The notes below the pieces were generated by a model, which was given only the letters and a program-made list of their open reading frames with translations, searched no databases and was not told the DNA's origin. The translations under genes and the position numbers were made by a program. A stretch of 64,000 nucleotides of DNA from Selaginella moellendorffii (lineage: Eukaryota; Plantae; Lycopodiophyta), in the NCBI RefSeq assembly GCF_000143415.4, contig NW_003314293.1, positions 372,001 to 436,000 on the forward strand, read 5' to 3'. Of the stretch, positions 33,379-46,131 are shown in pieces. Position 1 is the first letter of the stretch. Each line of letters opens with the position of its first letter.

Positions 33379-36300
33379 TCAACTGCTTGGTTCTACTTTT
33401 GCTGTTTCATCTGATAGTTTTGTTTCCGAGGTTGTTTCGTGATGGGCTGGTTCAACAGAGTCAACGGGCTTGTCTTCCTGAGATTCTTTCGTAGTTTCAG
33501 TTTCGGTTTTGCTTTCAGGTTCGGTTTTGGTTTCAGGTTCTGCTGGCATCTCATTCTCGTGCGCTTCCTCTGCAATTGACTTTGGGTTTGAAGTCAGTTC
33601 TTCCACCTTTTCAGGGTCAGCGGCCGTTGACATTGTACTCTCTTCTTCTTCCTTGGCAGGAACTTCTTCTGCTACAGCTGCTAAATTCTCCACCTCGGTC
33701 GCTTGTGGTTCATCGTCCAAACTTGGTGCGTTTACTTCCTCCGTTGACTTCTCGCCAAGGTCAACTATTGTTGTCTGATCCACACTTTGTTCTGGTGTAC
33801 TTTGTTCTAGTGTACTATCTGCTGGTGCTTTCTCAACCTCATCCGGCGCTGTTTCCACGACTGGATTCTCATCAGCTTGTCCCGGCTCTAGGGCCGCTGG
33901 TACTTCATTGTCTTTCGGAGTGGTTTCAATCTTCTCTGGCTTCTCAACTGGTTCTTGTTCCTCGGCATTCAGTGGAGTCTCCTCGAGGCTTGGTGGTGTC
34001 TCGGTTTTGCCAGGGATTGGTTCGGGTTCCACGGTTTCAACCTTCGCGGGATCACCTGTAATGAGTGGCTGGCTTTCCGGCATTGCACGGTCTCCGGTTC
34101 CAGCTTCTTCAGATCCGGCTACTTCCAGGCTTGGTGCATCAAGTTTTTCCAGTGGCTTGATGTCAGCTTCGGGAGTTTCCGCTGGGTCTTCCACCGCCGC
34201 TTCAATGTTTGCAGCAGGATTTGATTCTTCTATTGATGCAGCGTCTGTGCTCTCGCCACCTTCTGGGAATATAACTTGTTCGCCAACTTTTTCCTCCTCT
34301 ACCGAAGCTGGTTGTTCTTCTGTGCTTGGTGTTTCAGTAGACTCTTCCGTGGGAGATTTGGAACTCTCGGCTGTTGTCTCATCCACATTTTGATGCGACA
34401 CTTCCTTGGGTTCTCCAGGCGTCTCCACGACTCCAGCAGCATTCTCTTCTGCAGTTCCAACAAGCTTCTCCTCAGCTGGTTCATGTGGAGGAAGTGTAAC
34501 AGCTTGTTCTGGCTCTTGTATCTCTAGAGCTCTTTCCTCCTCCTGTGCTTCAGCAGGCTTGTCCATTTCAGCAGCTGGTTTGTTCAGACCAGTCGTTTGA
34601 TCCGCCAGTTCCCGTGTGTCGTCCTCTACGTGTTTCTCTGCAGGCTCCTCCATTGGTTCATCTGCTTGAGCTACTGCTTCTGTTTCAAGAGCTTTGTCAT
34701 CTTCCGTCGTGGCAGCCGGTTCCTTTGCTTCCAGTTCCTGTGTTTCATTGTTGATTGTCTCGTGCTTTTCCGGAATCTCCTGTTTTAGTTCGTCCAGCTT
34801 CGTAGTTTGGACTGCTTCTTGTGGCACAGGAGTTCCTTCAGAATGCTCCACCATTGCAGGAACTGGCTCATCCACACTGGTTAATTCTGCAGCTGGTTCA
34901 TCCAAACTAGTTCTTTCAGCTTGCTCCTGTGTCTCACTGGCTGGTTCGTCTACTTGTTTTTCAGGAACCTCCACTGGATCATCCATCACGACCGCTGGAT
35001 CGAGCTCGTCCTTGCTCGTTACTGGTTCCTGTGTTTCAAGAGCTCTTTCGTCTGCTTCTTGTTCCCCGGGCTCTTCCACAGTCACAGCTGGTTCTGGTTC
35101 CTCACTTGGTGTTTGAGCAACTGTTTCCTCTTCAGCCTGTTCCAGAACTTCAACAGACTCATTAGCTGGTTCATCCACAGCTGGCGTCTCAAGTAGTGGC
35201 TCTTCTGAAGCTGTGTCTTCAGCAGGTTCCTCTAACTTAGCAGCTGCTTCCTCCTCGCTTGTCGTTTGAACCGTTTCAGGAACTGCTTGTTGTTCTGGAA
35301 GTTCGCCTGGCTCATTTGGAGTAGGAGCTGGTTCATCCACAACTGGCTCGTCAACTTCAACAGGCTCCTCCACGGAAGATGGTTCTTTCTCACTCGTTTG
35401 ATCCTTTGCATGTTGCTCTGGAACTTCGACTAGAGTAGCAGCTGGTTGATCCACAACCGGCTCATCCGCCACCACAGATGATGGTTCCTTCTCACTCGTC
35501 GTCTCAACAGTCTGGTCCTCTGCATGTTGTTCTTGAACTTCAACTGGCTCAGCATCTAGAGTAGAAGCCGGTTGATCCACAACTGGCTCGTCTGCCACCA
35601 CAGAAGATGGTTCCTTCTCACTTGTCGTTTCATCCTTTGCAAGTTGTTCCGGAACTTCGACTGGCTCAGCATCTAGATGTGAAGCTGGTTGGTCCACAAC
35701 TGGCTCGTCGGCCACCACAGAAGATGGTTCCTTCTCACTCGTCGTTTCATCCTCTGCAAGTTGTTCTGGAACTTCGACTGGCTCAGCATCTGGTTGATCC
35801 ACAACTGGCTCGTCCGCCACCACAGAAGATGATTCCTTCTCACTCGCAACAGTCTCGTCCTCTGCAAGTTGTTCCGGAACTTCGACTGGAACTTCAACTG
35901 GTTTTGCATCTAGAGTAGAAGCTGGTTGATCCACAACTGGCTCGTCCGAAGCTGTGACTTCATCGGGTTCCACCACCAAAGAAGATGGTTCCTTCTCACT
36001 CGTTGTTTCAACAGTCTCATCCTCTGCATGTTCTTCTGGAACTTCGACTGGCTCTGCATCTGGTTGATTCGCAACTGACTCATCCGAAGCTGTAACTTCC
36101 ACCGGTTCCTTCGTATTCTCATCCTCTGCATGTTGCTCTGGAACTTCGACTGCCTCACCTAGAGCAGAAGCTGGTTCATCCACAACTGGCTCGTCGGCCA
36201 TAGAAGGTGGTTCCTTCTCACGAGTCGTTTGAACAGTCTCATCCTCTGCATGTTGTTTTGGAAGTTCGACTGGCTCAGCATCTAGCGTAGAAGCTGGTTG

Positions 36301-39300
36301 ATCCAGAACTGCGTCCGAAGCTGTGACTTCAGCAGGTTCCTCCACCACCAATGGTTCCTTCTTGCTCGTAGTCTCATCCTCTGCATGTTGCTCTGGAACT
36401 TCGACTGCCTCACCTAGAGCAGAAGCTGGTTCATCCACAACTGGCTCGTCCTCCTCGGCCATAGAAGATGGTTCTTTCTCACTAGTCTCATCCTTTGCAT
36501 GTTGTTCCGGGACTTCGACTGGCATAGCAGCTTGTTCATCCACGGGGGATGTCTCAACGGGCTCCTCCAAAGTTTCGACTTCAGCAGGCTCCTCCTCACG
36601 TGTTGCTTGAACTGTTTCTGTCACCAGTTCTTCTGGATGTTGTCCTGGAACTTCAACAGGTTCATCTTGAGTAGGAGCTGGTTCGTCCACAACGGGTGAC
36701 TTTACTGGCTCTTCAGGAGCCTCCTCCAACTTAGCCGATGGTTCCTCCTTGCTCGTGGTTGGAGCTATTTCATCCTCTAAATGCTCTTCCGGAACTTTGA
36801 CAGGATCTGAAGCTTCAACTTCAGCAGGCTCCTCCACATTAGCAGATGGTTCCTCCTCGCTCGTCGTTTGAACTGTTTCAACCCCCGGTTCCTTCAAATC
36901 TTGTTCTGGAACTTCGACAGGTTCATCTCGAGTAGAAGTTAGTTCATCCACGACAGGTGCCTCCGCTGGCTCTTCCAAAGCTTCACCTTCCTCCAACTTA
37001 GCAGTTGATGGTTCCTCAGTCACGGGTTCCTTCAAATTTTGTTCTAAAACTTCAGCAGGCTCGTGAGCTGGTTCGTCCACGGGGGGTGTCTCCACCGGCT
37101 CTTGCGAAGCTTCACCATCAGCAGGTTCCTTCAACTTACCCTCGGCTGGATCCTCCACAGTCGTTGTCTCTGGCGTCCCAAGAGCTGGTTTTTCAGCCTC
37201 GGCTGGTTCCTCCACAGTCGTCGTCTCTGGCGTCCCAAGAGCTCGTTCTTCAACCTCCGCTGGTTCCTCCACAGTCGTCGTCTCTGGCGGCTCAAGAGCT
37301 CGTTCTTCAACCTCGGCTGGTTCCTCCACAGTCGTCGTCTTTGGCGTCCCAAGAGCTGGTTGTTCAACCTCGGCTGTTTCCATAGTTGGTTCTTGTTCTT
37401 CCGTTTTTGCTTCAACAGTTTCCTCTAAAGCTGGCTCAGAGGCTGCTGCTTCCTCTTTACCAATAGCGTCATCCGTAGTTGACGTAGTAGTATCCAGCTT
37501 ATCCTCGGCCGGTTTCTCCGTCTCTGGCGTCCCATCTTCAACCTCGGCTGGTTCCATTGTCCCGATGGTTGGTTCTTGCAGATCACGATCTGTTGATGAT
37601 GGTTCTTCTGCTTTTCCTTCAACAGGTTCCTCCAAACCTGGCTCAGATATTGTTGCGTCCTCTTTACCAATAGCGTCATCCATAGTCTCCAACTCATCCT
37701 TGGCTGGTTCTTCCACTGTCGTCCCAAGAGCTGGTTCTTCAACCTCGGGCGGTTTCTCCGTCTCTGGCGTCTCATCTTCAACCTCGGCTGGTTCCATTGT
37801 CCCAATGGTTGGTTCTTGCAGATCACGATCAGTTGATGCTGGTTCTTCTGCTTTTCCTTCAACAGGTTCCTCCAAACCTGGCTCAGATGCTGTTGCGTCC
37901 TCTTTACCAATAGCGTCATCCATAGTCTCCAACTTATCCCCGGCTGGTTCTTCCACTGTCGTTGTCTCTGGCGTCCCAAGAGCTGGTTCTTCAACCTCGG
38001 CTGGTCCCATTGTCCCGATGGTTGGTTCTTGCACATCACGATCAATTGATGCTGGTTCTTCAGCCAAAGTCACTGGTTGATCAGTGCTCTCTTCAACCAC
38101 GCTAGGAGGCTCAGCTTTGGCATCAAGAACTTGATACTCAGGTTCTTCCGCCGCTTCAACTTGAGGCTCATCTGCTAGTGATTTCGTTCGTTCAGTTTCT
38201 TCACCAGTTTCTTCCGGCGTCTCGGCAGTTGGCGCTGCTTCAACACTTGTTTCAACTCCCGTGTCCTCTTTCCTGTCAAGTTCAGCCCCAGCCTTCTCAT
38301 CTGAAACAGCTTCCACGGTTGGAGCAGCGTCGTCAACTGTTGCATCGGGTGAAACTTCAGTTTCGACGTCAGGAGCGGAGCTCGTAACCTCGGAGTTCTC
38401 CGTGATATCAGGTGCCGTTGTCGCAGGAATATTAAAAGTTTCCGGTGCAACTTCTCTAGACTCTTCGTTTGGTTCGAGAGTATCCTCTTCCTTGACCTCC
38501 AAAGTATCAGGTCCTTGAGCTCCAGCCGTTTCTGGAGGAGGCTCGACGCCTCCTTCTTCACTTAGCACAGGCTCTTCAGTCGGTGTAGCGTCAAGAGCCA
38601 CTGTCGTGTCTTCTAACGCAGTACTTTCCTCACTCTCAACAGGCTGAGTAGTAGAAGAAGCCGCTTTAGCGCCTGTTTCCTCCGGCAAGCTCACTGGAGC
38701 TGCTTGTTCTTTCGCAGCACCGGCACTGTCCAAATTGGTTTCCTCGCTCACAGGTTCTTCACGATCCTTTGACTCAACCTCAATCTTGCTATCTTCAACC
38801 TGTGGCGTCTCTTCTTCAGTTGGAATTTCTTCCGTTTTTTCTTCCATTTGCGGCACAATCTCGGCCTGAGGAGCACTCTCGCTGTCCACTTTTTCCTCAA
38901 CTTGAGGAGGAGCTTCGTCCATTTGCAGTTCTTTGTCACCGCTAGACACATTGTCGGTTTCATGCATGGTTTCTGGTGTAGCAGCCTCGAACTCTTCGGC
39001 TTGAGCAGAAACTTCTTCCGTTTTCTCTTGATTATCTTTGCTTTCTGGCACTTTGTCGACTGTCTCTGCCGCCAGAGTTTCCTCCGCATTCGGTTCGGTT
39101 TCTTCGACCTCGGCCTCAGTTTTATCTTCCGGTATCTGTTCGGGTTGATCGACAGCTTTAACTTCGCTTTCTCCACTTTCTGCTACATTCTCACGCTTGG
39201 CTTCCGTTATCTCTGGAGCAGTAGCTACATGGTCTTCAGGCTCGTCAACATTTCCTTCCACTGTCCCTCCGGTTTCGATGTTCTGTGGTACTTTTTCGTC

Positions 39301-40561
39301 CGCAGCGGTAGCCTTGTCTTCAACTCCCACCGTCGAATCTACGGGAGCTTCATCCGAAGGTAATGATTCGGGTACTTCCTTCTCCTCTGATGGTTTATCT
39401 GTCAAGTTTTCTAACTCCGACCTGGCTTGAGGAACGTTTTCTTTGTCCATGACATCGGGTGGAACGCCGCCACCTTGAAGAGGGGCTTCTTTGGCATCGA
39501 TCTCCGCCGCTGGACTAAGTTGGTCGTCGATACCTCGTTCACTGACGGCTTCCTTGTTTTGATCCGTAGTTTCGTGTTTTCTAGTATCCTGTCCAGTATC
39601 TTCAGTAGCTTTGGTGTCTTCTGTCATAACTGGCGAGTCATCAGACGTTGGAGCCTCAGGCGGAACATCTTTCAGAGCCTCGGAGACAACAGCGGGAGAA
39701 TCAATTGCCATCGCTTCAGATAGTGGACTTTGATCGTGTTTGGGATCATTGCTTGAATCATCGGTGCTCAAGGGCGCGTCAGCCGCTGGAACTTTAGAAA
39801 AGCTCTCCGGGGGAAGTACCACTTGTTGGGGTAAATCATGAAAAACTTCCTGACCTTGAGGACTTTCGGGTTCCTGGAAACTCTAAACAGCTCAAGAAAA
39901 GGCAAGCGATATTGGAGAACATCATCTTACCGCTTCAACTTTAGACATTCCAACTGGAGACTCCTCAGCTTTTCCAGGAATCTCACGCTGTTTGGGAGTC
40001 AGCAATTAATATTTCGCAGCTCTATGGACAAGAGTACCTCTTTATTGATATCGTTCTCAGGCTTATAGAAATCCTCCACGACGGTCTTGAGTCCTCCCAG
40101 ATATCTTGCTGCACGAGAAAATCTTGGTAGAGTTGGATAAGATCAAACAAGAAACTCGGTTGTTTACCTTTACCTTCACTGCTACTCTCTCCATTGGAAG
40201 ACAAGGGAAGTGAAGATCTCTCTGACGAATCTGGAGTCCGACGAGATGGACTCGACTTCACAGGCATCGAAAACCCGTCTAGTTGCTGGACAAGATCGTG
40301 AAAAACCTCCTCCTCTTGGCCCTCCTCTTCGTGCTCATCCATTCCTTTGATTTCCTCCTTCTGGATGGTCTCAAAGTCATCTTTTGGTTCGTCGGCGATT
40401 AACTTCTTGCCAGTCTCCTGCAAGATCAGATCCAAAACGAATGAGAAATCCAGACCACCACGATAGATCGAAGCTACTTTGATCTTTGTGGCGACTTTGG
40501 AGGCCGCCTTGGACGTTCTGTGGTGGCCGTCATCCTTCTCTTTCCGTTGAGCGTTTCCCAT
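33379..40561 (-). CDS. Giant acidic E/P/V/T-rich repetitive protein B, ~2,330 aa, N-terminal MGNAQ
   Basis: About four short 5' exons (MGNAQRKEK..., ETGKK..., ARYLGG...KE, REIPG...EA) splice in frame through short GT-AG introns into a 6.5-kb terminal exon. Confidence 0.8.
35330..38060 (-). repeat. Nested coding repeat arrays in protein B (~35-40-aa PVVDQPASTLDAEPVEVPEQ units, 20-aa ALGTPETTTVEEPAE units, ~80-aa duplication)
   Basis: Repeated DNA words such as gctggttgatccacaactggctcgtc and ggttcctccacagtcgtcgtctctggcg. Confidence 0.85.
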
Positions 40562-41485
40562 GATGAATCAGAAGAACACACAACTATGTAAAACAATGAT
40601 ACTAGAAATCTCTCGCTGCTCCTCCGTGCAAGGGGCTTGCTTCGTGCAAGCTTCTAAGAAAAACCGGAGCAAGGGAACAAAAACGCGAATGAAATCCAAG
40701 CTTGCGATCAAAAAAACAGTGCAAGTATGAATCACGGTCTCCAAAATCCCTGTCGAGAAAGAGGAAAAAAATCTATATACACGAGCACGCACACCGATCT
40801 CTGCGAAACCAGCAAAATTTACACAAGAAAGCGCTGAATGCCGGATTCTAGCACGAATAGCACGAAAAAAATCACTCCAGATTCACAAAATTACGCCAGC
40901 GCCAGGATCTAAGCCCCTCCCTCTCGCCACAACTTTCCTCTTCGATGGCGCCACGATAAACCCTACAGTGAAAAAACTGTGAAGGCCGGACCAATGCCAG
41001 CTATGAGCGGCGATCGTGGCCGTCCATATAGGAACGATCCAAGCCGTTCACTGACATTGTAAACAGAAAATATTCTTCCTTCCCCACAAGAATGACTTTC
41101 ACGTAGTTGGCTTGGATCTTTTTAGAATTAAACAAAGTGATTATCCTAAAAATCGCTTTGCTGGAATGAGTAGAGAATAAAATTTATTCGATGGCCTTTG
41201 CTGGAAAGAAGCAATGCGAGAAAAAAAAACAATAGAAAGTCGGTCTCTAAAAAACAAGCTTTTCTTGTCTCTTTGCCTCCACAGTGCGTCAACGAAGAAC
41301 TTCAAACCGGGAGAGATCTGGGAGCTCTACCTTTTGGAAGAACAATTTGGACGGAGAGAGATCTCGCGGCGGATCAATAGAAACTTCAAAAACTTGAGTG
41401 TGTTCTTGGTGTGTCTCGCGGGAAACGAATCTCCGGCTCTTAAGACGTAACCATAGCCATTTTAGATAAGCACCTAGCGAAACAT

Positions 41486-42511
41486 TTAGTAAGCCATCCA
41501 GGGAAGAAACGCAAAGAGACTCTGAAGAATGGTTGGATGGTTTCCTCTTGTCAGTACCCACCTAAGCAACCCAGGCAAGGTAGTGAACACACCTGCATCA
41601 CCGGGGACCTCGGAGATCCGCGACACGAGCCACGCCTTGGCGGTCGCGGTGTGCATCGGTAGCATGCTCACAATCTCCCGTCGCAAGAGTCTGCAATCAA
41701 AGAAGGGAATGGAAATGGTTTCAAGTTAGAGTGATCGTTCTCGTTTCATGGAAGAAAAACTTATACTCATTCCAGACTACACAATTGTTTGAGAAATCGT
41801 CAAACTTTGCAAGCGAGCACGTCAACAATCCTCCGAAAGAAACGCGATCTTCTTACGCACAGCAACGGAAAAAAAAGTGCAGCGTCCAAATAGAAAACTC
41901 ACAGCGAAACATAGAGAGACATTTGGTAGGAAACTCATGTACCGTCTCAGGAAAAAAAACCAAACAAAGAAAAAAATAGATGAAAAACTCAAACCCAGCA
42001 AACATCGTCACACAACTCGAGCAGACAAAGAAACAAACAATAGATGTAAAAACTTAACCCGGAAACATTAAGACCCAAAACAATGCTATAGTCATTCCAA
42101 ACTACGCAATTGTTTGAGAGATCATCAGATTTTGCAAGCAAGCACGTCGGAAAGAAGAGTTAAAAATTAGATCTTCTTACTAAAGGAAAACAAATGCAGA
42201 CAAAAAAAAAGGAAAGAGATTTCATTTCAGGAAAAAAAACACAACCCGAGCAAACAAAGAAAAAATAAACAGATCTTCGAACAACAATGAAAGAACTTAA
42301 CCAGAAAACAATAAGAGCAGAGCACCCAAAACAAAGAAAAACATGCAAGAGGAAGCAAAACTTACCCCGAAGAACGAACGCCGCCCAAGGGATTGCGCTG
42401 AGGCGCGCGCGCGCGAAAGAGCGGCGGCGCCTGAGGCCGGGCGGAGCGCGCAGCGGAGGCGGCATTGGCGAACGCCGCCCTCGCGAATCGTCCAGCACTT
42501 CTTGCAGCCAT
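41486..42511 (-). CDS. NFD6/NOXY2-like small mitochondrial protein, tandem copy 1
   Basis: Exon 1 (42511-42366) is the Arg/Ala-rich presequence MAARSAGRFARAAFANAA. Exon 2, from 41690, reads LRREIVSMLPMHTATAKAWLVSRIS (family motif LPxHxAxAxAxLxS). Confidence 0.72.
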
Positions 42512-42728
42512 ATCTTTCCTCTCATGCAGGGTTTAGGGTTTGGGGGAGACCTGACAGAACATTCCCCCACGGATTTCCTGTCACCGAATATACCGTCAAG
42601 CCAAGCGGCAATAATTAATTCCATCAATTTAATCAGCAGCAAAGTTCTTCGTTCCTCGCGTTTCTCGAGTCTTTTTTCTCGTTTTTCTTCGTGATTTTTC
42701 CTTCTTTTTTTTGTGTGTTGTAGCCGAT

Positions 42729-43321
42729 TTAAGCACTACATTCTTCCACCTGGAACATCTTGAGGACCGTTCTAAACACCCCCGCGTCGACTGGAATATC
42801 AGAAATCCTCGACACCAGCCACGCTTTCGCGGTGGCGGAATGGAACGGGAGCATTGTGGAAACCTCTCGCCGCAGCCTGCATTACCCAAGAAATAAAAAA
42901 ATCCTTGTGTGAGAGTTGCGATTCGATGACCATAAACAAGATTTATCAAACAATGCATGCAACGCTGCGCTGACAGAAAAATCGACCAAAACACGAACCA
43001 AGCATGAAGAAAACCAAACGATCAGGAAAAACGAGACCACTAATCAACTCGAAACGCAAAGGAAAAGAACGAAACAAGCTTTACCAAAGAAAACCGTATG
43101 AGAGAGAAAGAAACCAAAAAATGCAGCATTGCATCCAAATGCGGGAAAGGAGAAATTTCACCCTGGGTTGGAACTTACACTGGCGAATTCATTCGATTGG
43201 CGAGGCTGCCCCGCCTGGGAGCGGCGAATCCCAATGGCGGAGGCGGCCGCGGGGCGGCGGCGGGGCGGCGCTGCGCCGCATTGAAGAAAGCCCTCCTCGC
43301 GAAGCCCGTCCTCGCTGCCAT
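42729..43321 (-). CDS. NFD6/NOXY2-like small mitochondrial protein, tandem copy 2
   Basis: Exon 1 reads MAARTGFARRAFFNAA (43321-43179). Exon 2, from 42876, reads LRREVSTMLPFHSATAKAWLVSRISDIPVDAG. Confidence 0.72.
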
Positions 43322-43334
43322 ACACCCAAACCAT

Positions 43335-43349
43335 TAGGGTTTAGGGTTT
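43335..43349 (-). promoter_or_regulatory. Telo-box (AAACCCTA) just upstream of ATG; equivalents at ~42529-42542, ~44478-44489 and ~51343-51357
   Basis: TTAGGGTTTAGGGTTT-type elements lie 10-30 nt upstream of the start codon of all four NFD6-like genes. Confidence 0.65.
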
Positions 43350-43658
43350 GAGCCACAAGGAACATTCGCAAGAATATCTACCGCGAGGGATATACCCATA
43401 TACGGAAAGAATATTCGAGAGCGCAAATTCTTTGCGTCTTTGTTTCTTTGGTTCAAGAACAATAACTTTGCAGAAAGATTTCATGGCGGCGATTTTTCCT
43501 TCACTCGTTTCTCAGCGATTTCTTCTTTCTTGTGTCGAGTTCGTTCTTGCTCCCGTAGTGATGGGACGTGGAATTTGGACACGCTGCAGCACTCTGTCTG
43601 AAGACCACAGTTAAAACACGCTTTCTTTCCCGGGGGGCGGAAAAAAAATATGAAATCC

Positions 43659-44467
43659 TCAAGAACATGCAAGCCAGGCAAACCTGCTTTGGAGGAACTC
43701 TGCTGCAAAACTTTTTTTTTTTTCAGAGTCTATGGTGAGCACAGATTCGTACACACCTGCGTCGACAAGTATCTCCGAAATCCTCGAAACAAGCCACGCG
43801 TTTGCCGTCACCGAGTGCATCGGCTGCATTGTCAGCACCTCGCGGCGCAACCTGGAGACATACCCGCAAAAACAAAGTTTTTCAGTCCACTTTCCCCGTC
43901 AATGTTATCTACAATGACGGGAGAGCTTCAGTGCTGCTTAGCTAAGCCTCCAAAACCCAAAAACAATGGCGGCGTGTCCATCGCAGAGTGACACCCCTCA
44001 GGAAAGTATGCCACCGAGACAAAGAATAAAATCATCACAGAAATCTCTGGATTCTAGAACACCAAGTAGAACTAAACTTGTGCAAAATCATTCCAGCACA
44101 AGCATTCCATAATTCACCCCCAAAAAGGAAAGCCACCGAGACAAAGAACAAAATCATGCACTGTGACATGCAAAAACCTAACTAGAAGACCATTCCTCGT
44201 ACTTGTACTGCAAAATCCCAATCTAGAACAATGCAGCACCAGAAATGCGACAATTCCAGCAAGAAAGACGCCTTCCCTGCCATCTACTCTAGAATCAATC
44301 CAAAGCGATTCTTACCCGGACGATTGCAAGCGAGCAATGCGCGCGCCGCTCCTGGAACTAGCGAATCCAAACCCCGGCTGCGGCTGCGCGGGCCTGGCCG
44401 CCGGCCGCGGCGCAGCGGCATTGAAGAATGCCCTGCGCGCAAAGCGCCCCGCGCTCCTGGCAGCCAT
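43659..44467 (-). CDS. NFD6/NOXY2-like small mitochondrial protein, tandem copy 3
   Basis: Exon 1 reads MAARSAGRFARRAFFNAA (44467-44316). Exon 2, from 43851, reads LRREVLTMQPMHSVTANAWLVSRISEILVDAG. Confidence 0.72.
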
Positions 44468-45119
44468 AATCCCTAGCTAGGGTTTAGGGCTTCTCCAGAT
44501 GCCCTAGAATATCCTCCCGCCGGTTCCCGGTTCGAATATCTTTGTTCTGGCAGACGCGTGGCCCAATCCTCGGCATCGGACACGTGCCATGCTTGACAAT
44601 CGCCGAGAGCAACACGTGTCTTGTAAAGATCTTGAAGATATTTGGAACTTTCCACGTGTTTGCCCGGCAAATATCTCACACGTCACTGAAAAGCGTGTAT
44701 TAGTGCTTAATGGTTTTCAGCGTATAGAAGCGAGGCTTTAGGGCACCTGGCAACAAATCCTTGGCAGTGCGTTGAGCGCGATTGTAAGTTTGATCATATT
44801 TCCTCCATTCTTGAGATGGTTTTTCTGCTATGAAATCTTCGATGGCTGCCTCGCATTTGGATCTCCTATGCTTTGGTTTGAATCGTGGTTTGAATCATCC
44901 ACAGATCGCCATTCTATCGGTGTGTTTTCTTCCGGGATATTGGAACTCTAATGCTTGCATTCTCAAATATTTGTCGTATTTTTTCTTGTGGATCATTGCT
45001 TGTTCTTTCGGATCATTGGCAAAAGAAGTACTGATTTGGAAGCAATGCAGAGAACTCCGGACTTTGGTGATCTCGATCGACTGAGTACAACTTTACTTCC
45101 TGGATTTGAGAAAAAAAAA

Positions 45120-46131
45120 ATGGCGTCGGCGAGTAGCAGCAGTGGCGGTGCCTGGGACGAGCTCAAGATCCAGATGAAGGACCTCCGAGCTCTGCTCCAC
45201 AGCTCCAGCTTGATCGAGAGGAGGATCAAATGCGAAGTGAAAAGGATCCTCAACACTACCATCTCCAACTACGAGGACCCTCACCGCTACGAAAACTCCA
45301 ACACTGTTCTTGAAATACTTTCAGGTATGATTCGCTATAGATCTTTGCACTTTTCCTTTTTGAATAAAAAACGATAGAAAAACAAGAGCTAGATTTTTTT
45401 GCCTGCTTTCTGGGATCTCATTCTCTTCTGTTTGAATGGTCTAGCTCCTTCTTGCCAGGTTCTCTGATGGGATCATTCACCATCACTCCCCATACTGTAT
45501 GAGTTCCGTATCTATACTGAGAGACACACTGTACAGGTCGAGGCATCTCACCGCTAGAGGCAGCGTTTATGTGGATGGGTGCTTGGAGGCCATCAGCTGC
45601 GATCTCGCTGGTTTTCTCGGTCATGGGACTCAAGAACCAGGGCCTCAACTTGAACATCACCGATCCAGGAACTTTGGGGGGATCAGTCCCAGCTCTCAGC
45701 GAAGAACAGCTCTCCCAGCTCCAGACTTTCCGGGATCTTACGAGCCAAGCCGAGAAGGATCTCACGGAAGAACTCGCGACTGTCCAGGTGAGCTAAGCAC
45801 TTCGGTTTTCCCTCAAGTGTTCGTTTGATCTTTGCAGATGATGCTGGCGGATCAGGACGTGGTGACTGATCTCTTGAAGGATGACGAAGGAGCGGAGGGA
45901 TCGTCGTCCAGCTCCTCCAAGCTCAAGGAGACGCTCCATTCTAAAATCTCTAGCCTTCGCGATGTTTTAAAGCGGGCCGACCAGCTTCGCATCAAGACGC
46001 TGCTTGAGCTCCACTCTGTGCTGGCTCCCATCCAAGCAGCGCAATGTAGCATCGTCGCTTTTGAGGTCGCGTTTGCGATGCGCTCCTTAAATTCAGCCAC
46101 ACCACCCACAACATCGTGTCCTCGCAAATGA
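45120..46131 (+). CDS. DOG1-domain protein (DOG1-like, no bZIP)
   Basis: SPLEAAFMWMGAWRPS, LSEEQL...AEKDLTEELATVQ and ADQLRIKTL...LAPIQAA, across three exons. An alternative in-frame ATG lies at 45045. Confidence 0.85.

Noticed and set aside
35330-38060. CRISPR-like repeat-spacer array
   Set aside because: The repeats are in-frame coding repeats in a eukaryotic ORF, with no unique spacers and no cas genes. The same applies to 26265-26560, while 51543-51718 is a simple intronic tandem repeat.
25456-39723. Many long plus-strand Ser/Val/Phe-rich ORFs
   Set aside because: These are antisense shadows of the Glu/Thr/Ala-rich repetitive coding sequence and have no independent features.
42529-44489. 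Interstitial telomere remnants
   Set aside because: There are only 1-2 TTTAGGG units, always just upstream of ATGs. They are better explained as telo-box promoter elements.
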